Shown one piece after another: positions 9,099 through 17,948 of a DNA stretch of 64,000 nt. The stretch spans positions 36,686-100,685 of the forward strand of contig JBEBGD010000009.1 in NCBI GenBank assembly GCA_040081625.1. Direction: 5' to 3'. The notes beneath the pieces are model-generated. The model did not search any database and was not told the DNA's origin. It saw nothing but the letters and a program-made list of their open reading frames with translations. Positions within the stretch are counted from its first letter, which is position 1, and each line of letters opens with the position of its first letter. This stretch comes from Chthoniobacteraceae bacterium. GTDB taxonomy: Bacteria; Verrucomicrobiota; Verrucomicrobiia; Chthoniobacterales; Chthoniobacteraceae. The position numbers and the translations under genes are program-made.

Positions 9099-10316
9099 AT
9101 GTCGCCCGAAGTCGCAACGAAGCTCCGCACCTGGCTGCTCGCCGCAGTCCTGCTGATCGTCGGCGCATGCCTGCGGCTCGGCGCGGCGCAATCGTTCTCG
9201 GATCCGTCCAACCGGCCGGGCCAGGATGAGTTTTACTACGCTGGCTACGTGCAGATCCTCGCGCAGCACGGGCTCGGCGTTTATCCGGAGCTGGTCGAGC
9301 GCTACATCGCCGAGCAGCAGACGCGCACCGCGGTGCTGCCGCCGATGCGGGCGACTTACATCATCGCGGGCGTCATCGCGCATTGGGCCACAGGCCTCGA
9401 CGCCCGCGCGAGCCTCAACGCGGTCTCGGCCACGTTCAGCTTCCTCATGCTCCCGCTCGCGCTGCTCTTCGCGTGGCGCGCCGCCGGCCCGCGCATCGCG
9501 CTCGGCACGCTCGCGCTCATGGCCTTCGCGCCGACACAGCTTTTCATGGCGCGGCACGCATTGATCGATGTCGTCGTCGCGTTCTGGGCGCTCGCGGCGC
9601 TGTGGGCGCTTTGGGAAAGTTTGCAGCAGCCCGGCGACGCACGCCGGCTCGCCGCGCTCGGCCTCTCGCTTGCCGTGCTCGTGCTCACGAAGGAGACCAG
9701 CTTCTTCGTCGTGTGCGGCCTCGGCGCGCTGCTCGCGCTCAATCGCTGGCTCAAATTCGGCACGCTGCATCGGAACATTTTCATCGCCGCGGGCGTGGGC
9801 CTGCTTGCGGGGCTTGCGATCATGGTCGTGCTGTGCGGCGGGATCGATCGCGTGTTCGAGGGCTACCGGATCTTCGTCGCGACCGCTGCGGAGCTGCCCT
9901 ACGCGATCGCGACCGGCGACGGCCCGTGGCACCGCTACATCTTCGAGCTCACGCTCGTCAGCCCGCTCGTCGTCATCCTCGCGCTCACGATGCTCGCGCG
10001 GCTCGAAGCCGGCACGCGCCCGCAACTCTTCATCGCGCTTTTTTTTCTCACGACCTACGCCGCGATGGCCGGCGTGCGCTACGGCGTGAGCCTGCGCTTT
10101 GCGAACCTCTGGGACTTCCCGCTCTGCTTCCTCGCCGCGAGCGCGGTCTTTGCGCTGGTGGAAAATCTGCGCTGGCGCCCGCTGCTCGCCGCCACTGCGG
10201 CACTCGTGCTCGTCGCCGCGAGCGAGATGCATCAATACCGCCGCATCTTCGTCGCGCGAAACGTCCACGATCCGATCACGCCCGAGCTGCTGCGCGCCGT
10301 GGACATCCTCAAATGA
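9099..10316 (+). CDS. GT-C fold membrane glycosyltransferase (ArnT/PMT_2-like)
   Basis: DE motif after the first TM helix (QDEFYY), many TM helices, LTKET motif. Confidence 0.7.
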   Translation: MSPEVATKLRTWLLAAVLLIVGACLRLGAAQSFSDPSNRPGQDEFYYAGYVQILAQHGLGVYPELVERYIAEQQTRTAVLPPMRATYIIAGVIAHWATGLDARASLNAVSATFSFLMLPLALLFAWRAAGPRIALGTLALMAFAPTQLFMARHALIDVVVAFWALAALWALWESLQQPGDARRLAALGLSLAVLVLTKETSFFVVCGLGALLALNRWLKFGTLHRNIFIAAGVGLLAGLAIMVVLCGGIDRVFEGYRIFVATAAELPYAIATGDGPWHRYIFELTLVSPLVVILALTMLARLEAGTRPQLFIALFFLTTYAAMAGVRYGVSLRFANLWDFPLCFLAASAVFALVENLRWRPLLAATAALVLVAASEMHQYRRIFVARNVHDPITPELLRAVDILK

Positions 10317-10395
10317 ACCCCGACAACGCCTTGCCAAAGCGCGACCCATCTGCTTTCGCTGCGCGGTGACTTCCCGCCCGAGAACCTGAGCGACC

Positions 10396-11832
10396 ATGTC
10401 CGACGCGGCCGATCCAACGCAGACCACGACCAAGCCGAAATACCACGCCGTCATCGCATACGTGCCGGAGGAGTTCGTGTGGTGCGACTGGCTCCACCGC
10501 CAGCTCGACGGCGTCGCGGTGCCGCCGGACCTCTCGGAAAAGCGGACGCGCCACGGCTTCACGCGCCCGTCCCTGCTCCGCGTCTTTCCCGATCCGCGAA
10601 ATCCCGGGCACCTCGCGCGTCACGCCACCGCGCTGCCGCCATGCCGCCATCTCGTCGTCGTTTGCTCGCCGGACTCTGCGAAGGCACCCGCGCTCGACGA
10701 GCAGATTCGCTCCTTCAAATCTACCGAGGGCGAAGAGCGGATCATCGTCCTCGTCGTCGATGGCGATCCCGACCACGACCAGGCGCCGCCGGGTTCGGAC
10801 GACGCCGACTGGCTGCCCTCGTGGCTGCGCTGGCGGCTCGATGACAAGGGCCGCTTCCGCCCCGCCGAGGCGAGCGAACCGCTGATCATCGATGCACGCG
10901 GCGAAAACCGCAGCCCGGCGGAGACGCGCGCGCAGGTTCTCGCGGCGCTGCTCGACGTGCCGCGCGAACAATTGCGGGCGCACGGCGACCTCGTCTCTGC
11001 GCACGGCTCCGCCACGCTCATGGCCGGGGAAGACGATCCGGACCCGTCGCCCGTCGCCGCGTCCACATCGTCATCGCGCGGCACCGCGCTGTTCTTCCTC
11101 GCTGCGTTCGTGACGATCGCGCTCGGCGGATTGTATTGGTGGAATCAACGTGGCGCGGATCGCGGCGGCGCGACCGCTTCGACGACGCCGGTGACGCCCG
11201 AGCCGCTTGCCGCGCCCACGCAGGTGCGAGTCGCCACGCCAAAGCCTGCGACTCCCACGCCAAAGCCAGCCACGCCCAAGCCCGCGACTCCGACGCCCGC
11301 ACCGACTCCGAGCCGTCCGGAGCCGACGCCTGTTCCACCCAGCCCGGTCGCGAAGAAAGCGCCGCCCGCGAGACCCGCGACTCCGCCGAAGAAAGTTGTG
11401 CCGATGTTCCCGTCGGGCGCGGATTCGCAGTCTGCAGTGACGCAGATCGCGCCGCCGAAAGCCTCGCCGCGAGCCAGCGCGACGCCGGCGCCCGGCAGCA
11501 AGGACTGGCAGCGCCTGCGCGACCTCGGCGACACGCTCATGGCAAACGGCAAGCGCGACACCGGGATGATCGCTCTCTCGCAAGCGGTCGAGAGCGGGTT
11601 GCGCGCAGCCGCGGCACCCGGCGCGAGGGCGACGGACCGCATCGAGATCGGTCGCCTCTGCTTCCGCGTGGCGGCATTGCAAAAGCAATTCTTCACTCCC
11701 GCTGAGGCCCGCCGCACGCTTGAGGGTGCGCGCGCGATGCTCGAGTCCGTGCGCGCACGGGGCGAGCAAGTCGCCGAGCGCGACGGCTTGATCGGGGACA
11801 TCGATCAGCTATTGCGCGGCATCCCGCGATAG
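10396..11832 (+). CDS. Degenerate TIR-domain transmembrane protein with Pro/Thr-rich linker and helical C-terminus
   Basis: YHAVIAY..WCDWLHRQL..LVVVCSPDS..IIVLVVDGDP matches the TIR_2 pattern. TM ALFFLAAFVTIALGGLYWW; ATPKP repeats. Confidence 0.65.
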   Translation: MSDAADPTQTTTKPKYHAVIAYVPEEFVWCDWLHRQLDGVAVPPDLSEKRTRHGFTRPSLLRVFPDPRNPGHLARHATALPPCRHLVVVCSPDSAKAPALDEQIRSFKSTEGEERIIVLVVDGDPDHDQAPPGSDDADWLPSWLRWRLDDKGRFRPAEASEPLIIDARGENRSPAETRAQVLAALLDVPREQLRAHGDLVSAHGSATLMAGEDDPDPSPVAASTSSSRGTALFFLAAFVTIALGGLYWWNQRGADRGGATASTTPVTPEPLAAPTQVRVATPKPATPTPKPATPKPATPTPAPTPSRPEPTPVPPSPVAKKAPPARPATPPKKVVPMFPSGADSQSAVTQIAPPKASPRASATPAPGSKDWQRLRDLGDTLMANGKRDTGMIALSQAVESGLRAAAAPGARATDRIEIGRLCFRVAALQKQFFTPAEARRTLEGARAMLESVRARGEQVAERDGLIGDIDQLLRGIPR

Positions 11833-12444
11833 CCACTCCGCGAGCCACTCGCACAGCGCGCCCTTGTCCGGCACGTGCGTGAGCGTGCCGTCGCGCGCGA
11901 GCACGCCGAAGCCCTCGCCATACGCCGCGCCGTTCACCGCGCACGCATCCGTGCGGAAAGTCTCGATCTGCGCGCGGCCCGCCGCGAGCGCGTCCTCGCG
12001 CGTTCCGTCGAGTTCGTATTTCCACCCGACGAGACGGGCGCGCGGGAAGAGCGGGCGGAGCCGCGCGATCAGCTTTGTCGCCGGCACGAGCATCAGCTTC
12101 ACGATGCCGCCGCGACTTGCGATCTTCCGCTCGCCGCCCTCGCGCTGGACCTTGAAATCCGCGAGCGCCGCCGCGTGCAGCACCGCGTCCGCGCCGCCTT
12201 CGCGCGCGAGCGCTTCGAGTTTCGCCTGCAAGTCTTCATTGGTCGAAAACGGAATCATCCTCGCCGCGTCGCACGCTCCTCGGAAGATCGCCATCTTCCC
12301 GAGCAGACACACGACCTCGAAGCCCGACGCCGTGAGCCGGTTCGCCAGCCGCACGCCGAGTTCGCCGGACGACGAGTTCGTGATCCGGCGCACTTCATCG
12401 ATGGGCTCGTAGCTCGGCCCGCAGGTGATGATGACTCGTGGCAT
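11809..12444 (-). CDS. coaB: Stand-alone phosphopantothenate-cysteine ligase domain (DFP C-terminal)
   Basis: VIITCGPSYEPIDEVRRITNSSSGELG, HAAALADF, LVGWKYE. Confidence 0.8.
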   Translation of the reverse strand: MPRVIITCGPSYEPIDEVRRITNSSSGELGVRLANRLTASGFEVVCLLGKMAIFRGACDAARMIPFSTNEDLQAKLEALAREGGADAVLHAAALADFKVQREGGERKIASRGGIVKLMLVPATKLIARLRPLFPRARLVGWKYELDGTREDALAAGRAQIETFRTDACAVNGAAYGEGFGVLARDGTLTHVPDKGALCEWLAEWLSRDAAQ

Positions 12445-12490
12445 GACGCGCACCTTGCGCCGCCCGCCCACGCGCGGCAACCTCGCGCTC

Positions 12491-12703
12491 ATGGACCGCC
12501 CGACCGCTGCTCAACAAATCCGCGACCTCTGCAACACCATCTCCAGCGCTGGGATGAAGTTCCACCCGCTTCTCCCCGCGCTCGACGACGAGCCGACCAA
12601 GGCCGAGATCGTGAAGGCGCTCTACGAGATCACCAAGAATGTCGAAGTGGTGAAGAAGCAGGTGATGCGGCTTGAGAAGCGCGACGACAGCACGCTGCTG
12701 TAG
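12491..12703 (+). CDS. Small helical hypothetical protein (70 aa)
   Basis: Typical codon usage, natural-looking protein sequence, fills the gap between neighbouring genes. Confidence 0.6.
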   Translation: MDRPTAAQQIRDLCNTISSAGMKFHPLLPALDDEPTKAEIVKALYEITKNVEVVKKQVMRLEKRDDSTLL

Positions 12704-12736
12704 CGGCCGTGGCTCACGTTGAGGCAACGTGAGCCA

Positions 12737-14443
12737 CTATCTGCACACACTCCGCAGCGCGCCGACCGTCCAGATGAGCGGGTAAAGCCGCTCGTGATAC
12801 CACAGCTTCGCGAAGTAAAAGCCGATCGGCGCTGGCGCACGCCATGCGCCCGACTCGACCCGTTCGACCAGCCACGCCACGCCGCGATCCGTCGCGCCGA
12901 CGTGCCGCGTGCCGGCGAGCGCTTCGACGGCGAGCGCGGTTTCCTCCGTCGTCGAGAAGATCCCGCGTGCCCCGCCCCATCCGCCGTCGTCGTTCTGCGC
13001 CGTGGCGAGGAAGTCGGTCGCGCGATCGAGCAGTAGGCGGGTGAAGAAGCCGCGCTCGTCGAGTTCACGCAGCGCGACGACCACGTGCGTCGTGCCGTAG
13101 ATCGGATTGATGTCGTCGGGCGCGTGCTCATTTCCGAACCACAGCGGCAGCCAACTCCCGTCCGTGCGCTGCGCTTTCCCGAGAAAAGCGAGCGCGCGAG
13201 TGATCGCCCGCTCGACCCGCACCTTCGTCTGCTCTGAAAGATGCGGCAGCCACGCGCTCCACGCGCGCAGCGTGTGCGCGGTGAGATCGGGCGAACTGCG
13301 ATCAAACGGCAGCGCGCCCCAGCCGCGGCAGAAGGTCGGAATGCCACCGTCGCGATTCTGCACGCCGAGCAGCCAGCACACGCCGGCTTCGGCCGCATGT
13401 TGCTTCTCGGAATCGACGAGCCCGAGCCGGAGCAGCGCGAGCAGCGCGCCGGGCGTGTCGTCGGCATCGGGCACACCGCCGGGCAGATCGGTCCACGCCC
13501 AACCGCCCGGCGCTGCGTGCGTGTAGGGATGCTCGACGCTATACTGCTGGCCGAGCAGCCACTCGCGCAGCGTGAGCTTCTGCTCCGGCTTCAGCGCATC
13601 GGCAGGAAGCGCCTTGATCGCGAGCGTCGTCACCCACGTCGCGAGGTTCGTGTCGATCGGCCAACTCCCGTCGGGACGCGCGGAGTTCACGAGGAAGGTC
13701 ACACCCTTGCGGATGACGCGGTGATCGCGCAGCCCCGTGGATGCGAGCGCCATCGTGACGAAAGACGTGAGCGGCGTCGCTTCGAGAAAGCCGCCGTTGT
13801 CCGGCTGGATGCGCGCGAGCACGTCGAGCGTGCGCGCCTTGGCTGCGACCCGAACGATGCGCGCGAGCGGATTGCGCGACGGCGCGTGATGATGAATCGC
13901 CTGTCCGATCGCGATGAGCGCCGGCAGCGCATAGCTGACGACGGGAAGTTGCAGCGCGCCGAAAAGCTGATGCGGCAGCGCCGCCAGCTCGAACGGCAGC
14001 GCCATCACCTCGCGCCAGTCGATCCGCCCGCAGATCGCGAGATGCATGAGGATCGGCACGGAGAAGGTGCGGTCCTTCCCGTAGCGCGCCGCGATGGCGG
14101 AAGTGAGCGAGTCGCCACCACTCGCTTTCGCCAGCCACGCTGTCGCCCGATCGTCTCCCCCGCCGAGCGCAGCCCAGCAAAGCGCGGTCGTGCTGATGTT
14201 GGACTTGCTCCGCGTCGTGTCGCCCCAGCCGCCATCCGTGTTCTGATTCTCCCTCAACCACTGCTCGCCGCCGCGGATCAACACCGCGTGCTTCTCCCGA
14301 TCCACCGCGCCGAGCGCCACGATCGCCGTCGCCGTCGAGAGCGCGCTGCTCGAAAGCTCGCCGGTCCAGTGCCCCGCCGCGTTCATCTCCGCGAGCAGCG
14401 CATCCGTCGCCGTGCGCAGTGCGGCGCGCAGACGATCGCTCAC
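12737..14443 (-). CDS. Class II terpene cyclase, squalene-hopene cyclase-like
   Basis: WTGELSSS, QW repeats (QNTDGGWG, QNRDGGI, QRTDGSW, QNDDGGWG), DxDD motif PDADDT at about 13454-13468. GTG start overlaps the upstream TGA. Confidence 0.85.
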   Translation of the reverse strand: MSDRLRAALRTATDALLAEMNAAGHWTGELSSSALSTATAIVALGAVDREKHAVLIRGGEQWLRENQNTDGGWGDTTRSKSNISTTALCWAALGGGDDRATAWLAKASGGDSLTSAIAARYGKDRTFSVPILMHLAICGRIDWREVMALPFELAALPHQLFGALQLPVVSYALPALIAIGQAIHHHAPSRNPLARIVRVAAKARTLDVLARIQPDNGGFLEATPLTSFVTMALASTGLRDHRVIRKGVTFLVNSARPDGSWPIDTNLATWVTTLAIKALPADALKPEQKLTLREWLLGQQYSVEHPYTHAAPGGWAWTDLPGGVPDADDTPGALLALLRLGLVDSEKQHAAEAGVCWLLGVQNRDGGIPTFCRGWGALPFDRSSPDLTAHTLRAWSAWLPHLSEQTKVRVERAITRALAFLGKAQRTDGSWLPLWFGNEHAPDDINPIYGTTHVVVALRELDERGFFTRLLLDRATDFLATAQNDDGGWGGARGIFSTTEETALAVEALAGTRHVGATDRGVAWLVERVESGAWRAPAPIGFYFAKLWYHERLYPLIWTVGALRSVCR

Positions 14444-14850
14444 GCCAGCTTGTCGTGCTCGCGGTCGCGCTTGGGCAGGATCGCGCACGCGTCCTTGCAG
14501 CCGAAGAGACGGCTGATGCCCTGGCGATTGTTCGCGATGAGCCGATACGCGATTTCGGCGATCCAGATCACCCCCGGCAGCCACAGCACGAGTCCGAGCG
14601 GCACGAGCAGCGGCATCCGCAGCGAGAGAAAGCGGATGCAACGCGCGCCGCGATGAATCTTCCCGCCGGCGGTGACGACGTGCATCGCAGAGCGCAGCGT
14701 CTCGCGATCGAGTTGCGGCGCGACTTCGCGCGCGCGCTCCGAGGAGAGCGGCATGAGCGCGGCGACGTTCAGCCAGTCGAGCCACGTCAGCAGCTTCATC
14801 TGGAAAACGCACATCGGGCATTCGTCGTCGTAGAGCACGAGATGCTTCAT
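14440..14850 (-). CDS. DCC1-like thiol-disulfide oxidoreductase (DUF393)
   Basis: LYDDECPMC (DxxCxxC) and AYRLIANNR. Confidence 0.85.
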   Translation of the reverse strand: MKHLVLYDDECPMCVFQMKLLTWLDWLNVAALMPLSSERAREVAPQLDRETLRSAMHVVTAGGKIHRGARCIRFLSLRMPLLVPLGLVLWLPGVIWIAEIAYRLIANNRQGISRLFGCKDACAILPKRDREHDKLA

Positions 14851-14862
14851 TTCACCCGCACC

Positions 14863-15732
14863 CTAGGCGCTCAAGTGCCCGAGCGCCAGCAGCCCATAGA
14901 ACGTGTATTCGGCGTCGAGTTCGTCGTCAGCCCAGTGGCCGTGGAAGCCGCCTTCCGCGTTCCAAAGCGAGTCGATGAAGTCGAGGCATCGCTCGCGCAT
15001 CGCGGTGGGAAGCGGGCGGTCGAGGCACGCGAGCGCGTGCAGCGCGGTGGCCGTCGAGAGCAGGTCGGGAATCGGCGCGCCGGGCACCGCGATCCAGCCG
15101 CCTTGCGGATGCGCCTGCGCGAGCAGCCAGTCGCCGACGGCTTCATTCAGCGGCATCCCGAGTTGGTGGAGCAACGTGATCGCAGCAGCCGTCGCTGGCA
15201 CGGTGCCTTGCTTCATCCCGCGAAGATTTCCCCACGCGCCGTCGGGTGTCTCGAGCAGCTTGAGGCACTGCACCATTCGCAGCGGCTCGGGCTGCTCGCG
15301 CGCGAGGTCTTGATACGCGCCGAGCGCGACGAAGCAGCCGTAGGCGTTGCCGCGCTCGGCGCCGGGCTCGACGTCGTAGCCGCCGTCGCGCGACCGATGG
15401 CGCTCGCTGCGCGCGAGAAGTTCACCGGCGAAGTCGTGCGAGCCAATCGCCGCGCGGCAGCGCGCGAGCGCGCCGAGGTGGATGAAGTCGAGTCCGTCGC
15501 CGTCGCCGAAAGAACGCAGGAAACTCGCGATCTCCGGCATCGGCTCATCGAGAGCCTGCAACCCCGCGAGCACAAAGATCGAGTAGTAGAGATCAGGCTT
15601 CCCCGCGCGATCGAGCCCCGCCCCGCTCGCATCGACACGGCTGCGCAGGAAGGCGCGCACGAGTTCCGTCGCGTCGCCGAGCGAGCGCGGAGCGAGGCGG
15701 GCTACTTGGAGCATGTGGAGACGGAGACTCAT
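14863..15732 (-). CDS. Prenyltransferase / squalene oxidase repeat protein (single alpha-alpha barrel)
   Basis: DRAGKPDLYYS, DGGY, DGAWG, QGGW, PDLLSTA, EGGFHG, DAEYTFY. Confidence 0.75.
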   Translation of the reverse strand: MSLRLHMLQVARLAPRSLGDATELVRAFLRSRVDASGAGLDRAGKPDLYYSIFVLAGLQALDEPMPEIASFLRSFGDGDGLDFIHLGALARCRAAIGSHDFAGELLARSERHRSRDGGYDVEPGAERGNAYGCFVALGAYQDLAREQPEPLRMVQCLKLLETPDGAWGNLRGMKQGTVPATAAAITLLHQLGMPLNEAVGDWLLAQAHPQGGWIAVPGAPIPDLLSTATALHALACLDRPLPTAMRERCLDFIDSLWNAEGGFHGHWADDELDAEYTFYGLLALGHLSA

Positions 15733-15799
15733 GGTCGGGCAGTTGGAACACGCACGCGGCTTGCATCGCCAGCGCGATTTCGCCTGTATGTGCCGCCGC

Positions 15800-16408
15800 A
15801 TGCCTGAATCCCGCCGCCCACTCACCTCCCGCGACACGCGCTGGGCGAAGGCCTTGTCCGGCGCGCTCGCGCGGCGCGGCGTGACGCCGAACGCGATCTC
15901 CGTCGCCGGCATGATCTTCGCGAGCATCGGCGCGCTCGGGCTTGCGGCGACTCCGTGCGGGTGCGTTCCGTGGACCCTCGGAATGGTGCTTGGCGTGGCG
16001 GGCGCGCAGCTTCGGCTGCTGTGCAATCTGCTCGACGGCATGGTCGCGATCGAAGGCGGGCTCAAGGGAAAGGCGGGCGATCTTTTCAACGAGGCTCCGG
16101 ATCGCTTAGCGGACATCGTGCTGCTCGTCGGCGCGGGCTACGCAGCCGGAGCGCCGTGGCTCGGCTGGATGGCCGCGAGCGCGGCAGTGCTCACAGCGTA
16201 TGTTCGCGCATTTGGCGCGTCGGTCGGGCAGGGCCAGGATTTCTGCGGGCCGCTCGCGAAACCTCACCGGATGTTTTTCTTCAGCGTCGGCTGCCTCGGC
16301 GCGATCGCACATCCGCCGGCGCTCGCGTGGTCGCTGTGGCTCGTCGCGATCGGCGCATTCTTCACCGCGGCGCGGCGGGTCGTGCGGCTCTACCGCAAGC
16401 TGCCATGA
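15800..16408 (+). CDS. CDP-alcohol phosphatidyltransferase family protein
   Basis: TPNAIS and the CDP-OH motif NLLDGMVA...G...N..PDR..D. Confidence 0.85.
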   Translation: MPESRRPLTSRDTRWAKALSGALARRGVTPNAISVAGMIFASIGALGLAATPCGCVPWTLGMVLGVAGAQLRLLCNLLDGMVAIEGGLKGKAGDLFNEAPDRLADIVLLVGAGYAAGAPWLGWMAASAAVLTAYVRAFGASVGQGQDFCGPLAKPHRMFFFSVGCLGAIAHPPALAWSLWLVAIGAFFTAARRVVRLYRKLP

Positions 16409-17007
16409 TCGCGCGGCTGTTTGCGTTCGGTGCGCGAGTCTTCACCGGAGCGATCCCGCGCTGGCGCGGGTGCGCGCCGGAGCCGCGGCTGCGCGTGTAT
16501 TTCGCGAATCACTCGAGCAACCTCGATGTCGTGCTGCTCTGGTCGTCGCTGCCGGGCGTGATCCGCGCGCGCACGCGCCCGATCGCGGCGCATGATTACT
16601 GGACGACCGGCGCCGTGCGCCGTTGGCTCGCCACGCGCGTCTTTCGCGCCGTGCTCATCGAACGGAGAAACGTGACCCGCGAGAACAACCCGCTCGCGCC
16701 GATGGTCGCCGCGCTGCGCGAGGGCGATTCGCTGATCATCTTTCCGGAAGGTGGGCGCAATCCGTCGGGCGAGATCGGGGAGTTCAAGCCGGGCATCCAT
16801 CACCTCGCGCGCGAAGTGCCGGACGCGGAGTTCGTGCCCGTCTTCATCGAGAACCTCAACCGCGTGCTGCCAAAGGGCGAAGTGCTGCCCGTGCCGATTC
16901 TCTGCTCGGTTCACTTCGGCACGCCGATCCGCCTCGAAGCCGGCGAGAACAAACGCGACTTCCTCGCCCGTGCGCGCGGCGCGGTGCTGGACCTCCGGGC
17001 GACATGA
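16405..17007 (+). CDS. Lysophospholipid acyltransferase (PlsC family)
   Basis: ANHSSNLD, IFPEGGR, FKPG. ATGA-coupled at both ends. Confidence 0.9.
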   Translation: MIARLFAFGARVFTGAIPRWRGCAPEPRLRVYFANHSSNLDVVLLWSSLPGVIRARTRPIAAHDYWTTGAVRRWLATRVFRAVLIERRNVTRENNPLAPMVAALREGDSLIIFPEGGRNPSGEIGEFKPGIHHLAREVPDAEFVPVFIENLNRVLPKGEVLPVPILCSVHFGTPIRLEAGENKRDFLARARGAVLDLRAT

Positions 17008-17948
17008 AGCTTCCCGACACGCAAATGCAGTGGCTCCTCGGCGGAATCTTCGCGCTGTTGCTCGTCGCGAGCATCATCGGCCAAATCCTCCGCCGCACAC
17101 TGCGCGGCGAAGGCGCAGCGAAAGTCGTCGCGAACCTCAACGCGCGCGTCTTCGCGTGGTGGGTCATGGTCGCGGTCTTCGGTCTCTCGGTCGTTCTCGG
17201 CAAGGCGGCGACGATGATCCTCTTCGGGCTGATGTCCTTCCTCGCGCTGCGCGAGTTCATCACGCTCACGCCGACGAAACCCGGCGACCATCGCTCGCTG
17301 TTCTGGGCGTTCTTCGTCATCCTCCCGCTGCACTACCTCACGCTCGGGCGCGGTTGGTATGAGATGACGGTGCTGCTCATCCCGGTCTATGCGTTCCTCT
17401 TCATCCCGATCCGCAACGCACTCGCGGGCGACAGCGAGCACTTCCTCGAGCGCACGGCGAAAATTCAGTGGGGCCTGATGGTGTGCGTCTATTTCGTGAG
17501 CTACGCGCCGGGCCTGCTGCAGCTCCGCGTGCCCGGCTACGAGGGGCAGAACGCGAAGCTGCTCTTCTTCCTCGTGACCGTTGTGCAGATGAGCGACGTG
17601 CTGCAATACGTGTGGGGCAAACTTTGCGGCCGCCGCAAAATCGCGCCGCGCCTCTCGCCGAGCAAGACGCTCGAAGGCCTCGTGGGCGGCGGACTCAGCG
17701 CCGTTGCGCTCGGCGCCGCGCTGTGGTGGATGACGCCATTCACGCCGCTACAAGCTGCCGGCATGGCGGCGATCATCGTTGTGATGGGCTTCTTCGGCGG
17801 CCTCGTGATGAGCGCGATCAAGCGCGACCGTGGCGTGAAAGACTACGGCGAACTGCTCCCCGGCCACGGCGGCATGATGGACCGCATTGACTCCCTCTGC
17901 TTCGCCGCGCCGGTGTTCTTCCACGCGGTGCGGTTTTGGTGGACGTGA
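17004..17948 (+). CDS. cdsA: Phosphatidate cytidylyltransferase (YnbB/CdsA family)
   Basis: SPSKTLEG and SAIKRDRGVKDYG..LPGHGGMMDRIDS. Confidence 0.85.
   Translation: MKLPDTQMQWLLGGIFALLLVASIIGQILRRTLRGEGAAKVVANLNARVFAWWVMVAVFGLSVVLGKAATMILFGLMSFLALREFITLTPTKPGDHRSLFWAFFVILPLHYLTLGRGWYEMTVLLIPVYAFLFIPIRNALAGDSEHFLERTAKIQWGLMVCVYFVSYAPGLLQLRVPGYEGQNAKLLFFLVTVVQMSDVLQYVWGKLCGRRKIAPRLSPSKTLEGLVGGGLSAVALGAALWWMTPFTPLQAAGMAAIIVVMGFFGGLVMSAIKRDRGVKDYGELLPGHGGMMDRIDSLCFAAPVFFHAVRFWWT

Noticed and set aside
10396..11832. Thoeris or other TIR anti-phage system
   Set aside because: No effector partner nearby, housekeeping neighbours, and the catalytic motif appears lost.
11809..12444. Truncated coaBC pseudogene
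   Set aside because: Intact domain with its own start; split CoaB and CoaC genes are known.
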